DNA from: Hydrolagus colliei
Taxonomy: Eukaryota
DNA: 64,000 nucleotides
NCBI GenBank assembly: GCA_035084275.1
Contig: CM068754.1
Location: forward strand, 14,322,001 to 14,386,000
Direction of reading: 5' to 3'
The translations under genes and the position numbers were made by a program. This document shows positions 61,956 to 64,000 of the stretch, piece after piece. Position 1 is the stretch's first letter. Every line of letters starts with the position of its first letter. A model generated the notes under the pieces. The model worked only from the letters and a program-made list of their open reading frames with translations, made no database searches and was not told the DNA's origin.

Positions 61956-62490
61956 ATGCGGGCAGTGGGAATGATAGAGCTTGCACTGAGAGCTGGGTTT
62001 AATGTTCTGTAAATTTCTATTAATCTTACTTGTGACATCTAACCAATCACAAATACATACACCAATATAAGCATGTAAAGATATAGATCAAGTTACCCTC
62101 TTACTTCGTTACAGATGGCACAAGTTTTCTTCTTTGAAAAAACGTAAAACAAATAAAATGGACAATAATACAACTAAGAAATGTTAACCTACAGTAAAGA
62201 TAGACAGTAATAATTAAACAAATGTCTGGTGGGTTGTATCATATGAAAACACTTGATCCCATGCACTCATACGAAATTTAACATCATATCAAAGCAATAG
62301 GAAGTCACTATTGTGATTACATTGCCTGTGCCTGCAAGATCCAATTTAATTATTCTTTATTGTCAGTCTCTTGTGGCAGTACGTTTTCTGAGAAATGTTT
62401 ATGCTTAGCAAACAATTTTCTATAGCGTACAAATTCAAGTGAAAGAACAGAATTCAAAGTAGGGAGGTTGGGGTTTTTACTATGATGCAG

Positions 62491-62748
62491 ATAACTATAA
62501 TAATAATAATCGTTGCATTTGATATAGCACTGTTCAGGTCTTCTAGACGTCTCAAAGTGCTTCATAGAATATATTGTAAAGTGAATTGATTGTATATTTA
62601 TGGGCAAAACTCAGCAGCCAATTGCTCACCGCAGTGTCCCACAAACAGTCCATTAATTTATTAATGTTGTTTTTCCAAGGGATTATTATTAATCTGGGTC
62701 TCATGCCTGTAAAGTGAGCGCTCTAACCACTGAGCTATAGGACTCCAT
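62491..62748 (-). mobile_element. SINE family A, near full length with internal deletion
   Basis: Tail ttgcatttgatatagc, body gcagtgtcccacaaacagtc, head gagcgctctaaccactgagctataggactcca. Confidence 0.92.
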
Positions 62749-63899
62749 AAGTGACTGAGCAAAATATTTGATATTTTAGAAAACCAGTTTGAGATTGTTT
62801 CCAATGTGTTCAGTTTTGCATTTATTCAAACACAAGCAGGATGATTTTGTTTTGAAAAATCTCTGCCATGCGCAGTCACGTGAGCTGAACAATGCAGTGA
62901 GCGCACGGTGTTCAAATTAAATCTTGTGGGATAAACAAATATGTTTATGTGAAAGTCTGCTTTTGGTGCTAAGAAGTGAATGCCCTTGGAATACTAAACC
63001 AACTTACTCTAATAGAGAGCAGAAAGCCCACTTAAGTAGTTCATTAGCTGTGTGGCATATTCACCAGTTGTTTCAATATTATTCTCTGTGGATACCTGTC
63101 AGCAAGCAGGTGCAGTCCATTTCCCTTTATTAATGGAAATGAGACGAGCTATTGACACTAAAATAAACCAACCTCTGCGGTGAAATAACACATATTACCT
63201 TGCCAAATGCTAACCTTTACGGGATTTCCAATATATTTTATTTCTCTGTGGCTGAGCCCAGCAAAAAAAAAAGGGGAAAGGTAAATGTCATATTTGCATA
63301 GGTGTTTTAACAGGTTGATATGGAGTGCCCAATTTTAACAATCCACGCAGGTATAAAATTCCTGCAGTAAACCTTTTGACTAACAGGATATAAATTTGTC
63401 TAAGAAAAACTCCAGTTTTTCTTTGCAACCTTATTCCAAATGATCCCCTTGAGCTCAATATCTACACTCTTCATCATTGATTGTGCGATTTGAAGTAACG
63501 CTCGCAATAATGCGATTGAGACTAATTGGACCATCGCTAACTCATCCATTCCCACCGTGGGCCTCGGACGTTAACCTAGATTTCGAATTAGGAGAAAGAT
63601 GTGACAAATTTGCTCTGACACTATTTGCGTTTCGGGAAATGCATCGTTTTCTAAGATGTGTGGCAAAAGCTTGTGAAAACACCTTCAGACCTCCTGGAGA
63701 GTGTCATTAGTATGCGTAAGCATCTGTTGTTTGCATTTAGCATACATTAGGATCTGTTTACTGTTGGCTGTCATTCTTCAAACATCAACATGAATTGTAC
63801 AAAATCATTTCAATTTTTGACTCGAGACACCAACTTTTAAAAATTTAAGATGCTTCAGAGGAAAATCAAACAGTTACTTGAAAATGATAGCCTTGGTTA

Positions 63900-64000
63900 T
63901 GCCCTTCAGATAAAATGATAAACCAAGGTTCTCTCTATCTGCTTGTTCAGGTGGACGTTAAATATCCCATGGAACTATTCGAAAAAACAAGGTTGTTTCT
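63900..64000 (+). mobile_element. DeuSINE Deu-domain core, cut by the window end
   Basis: cttcagataaaatgataaaccaagg...caggtggacgttaaatatcccatggaactattcgaa. Confidence 0.75.

Overview
AT-rich, CpG-depleted vertebrate DNA. The repeat complement (SacSINE1-like DeuSINEs, an abundant tRNA-derived SINE with an L2-type (TTA)n tail, CR1 and L2 LINE remnants) points to a cartilaginous fish, possibly a chimaera; that assignment is inference. I could not support any host protein-coding exon or RNA gene, so the window reads as a gene desert or a very large intron. The only substantial coding sequence is a full-length 2,755-bp pogo/Tigger DNA transposon (23167-25921) with TIRs and a TA target-site duplication. 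Its DD30D transposase can be rebuilt to 529 aa by repairing two 1-bp deletions, and it is much richer in CpG than its flanks. Other structure: a near-perfect 2,366-bp tandem duplication (32043-36775), a perfect 27-bp minisatellite abutting an older ~260-bp duplication, a hAT-Charlie MITE nested in an L2 tail, a 30-bp SINE tail nested in a SINE head with a 7-bp TSD, a split SINE, and a micro-inversion between two diverged repeats. I found no evidence for a new biological system. The best leads concern transposon biology (a recent, possibly horizontally acquired pogo; SINE lineage evolution) and recent structural variation. Boundaries of degraded repeats are approximate, and family names come from remembered consensus sequences, not database searches.
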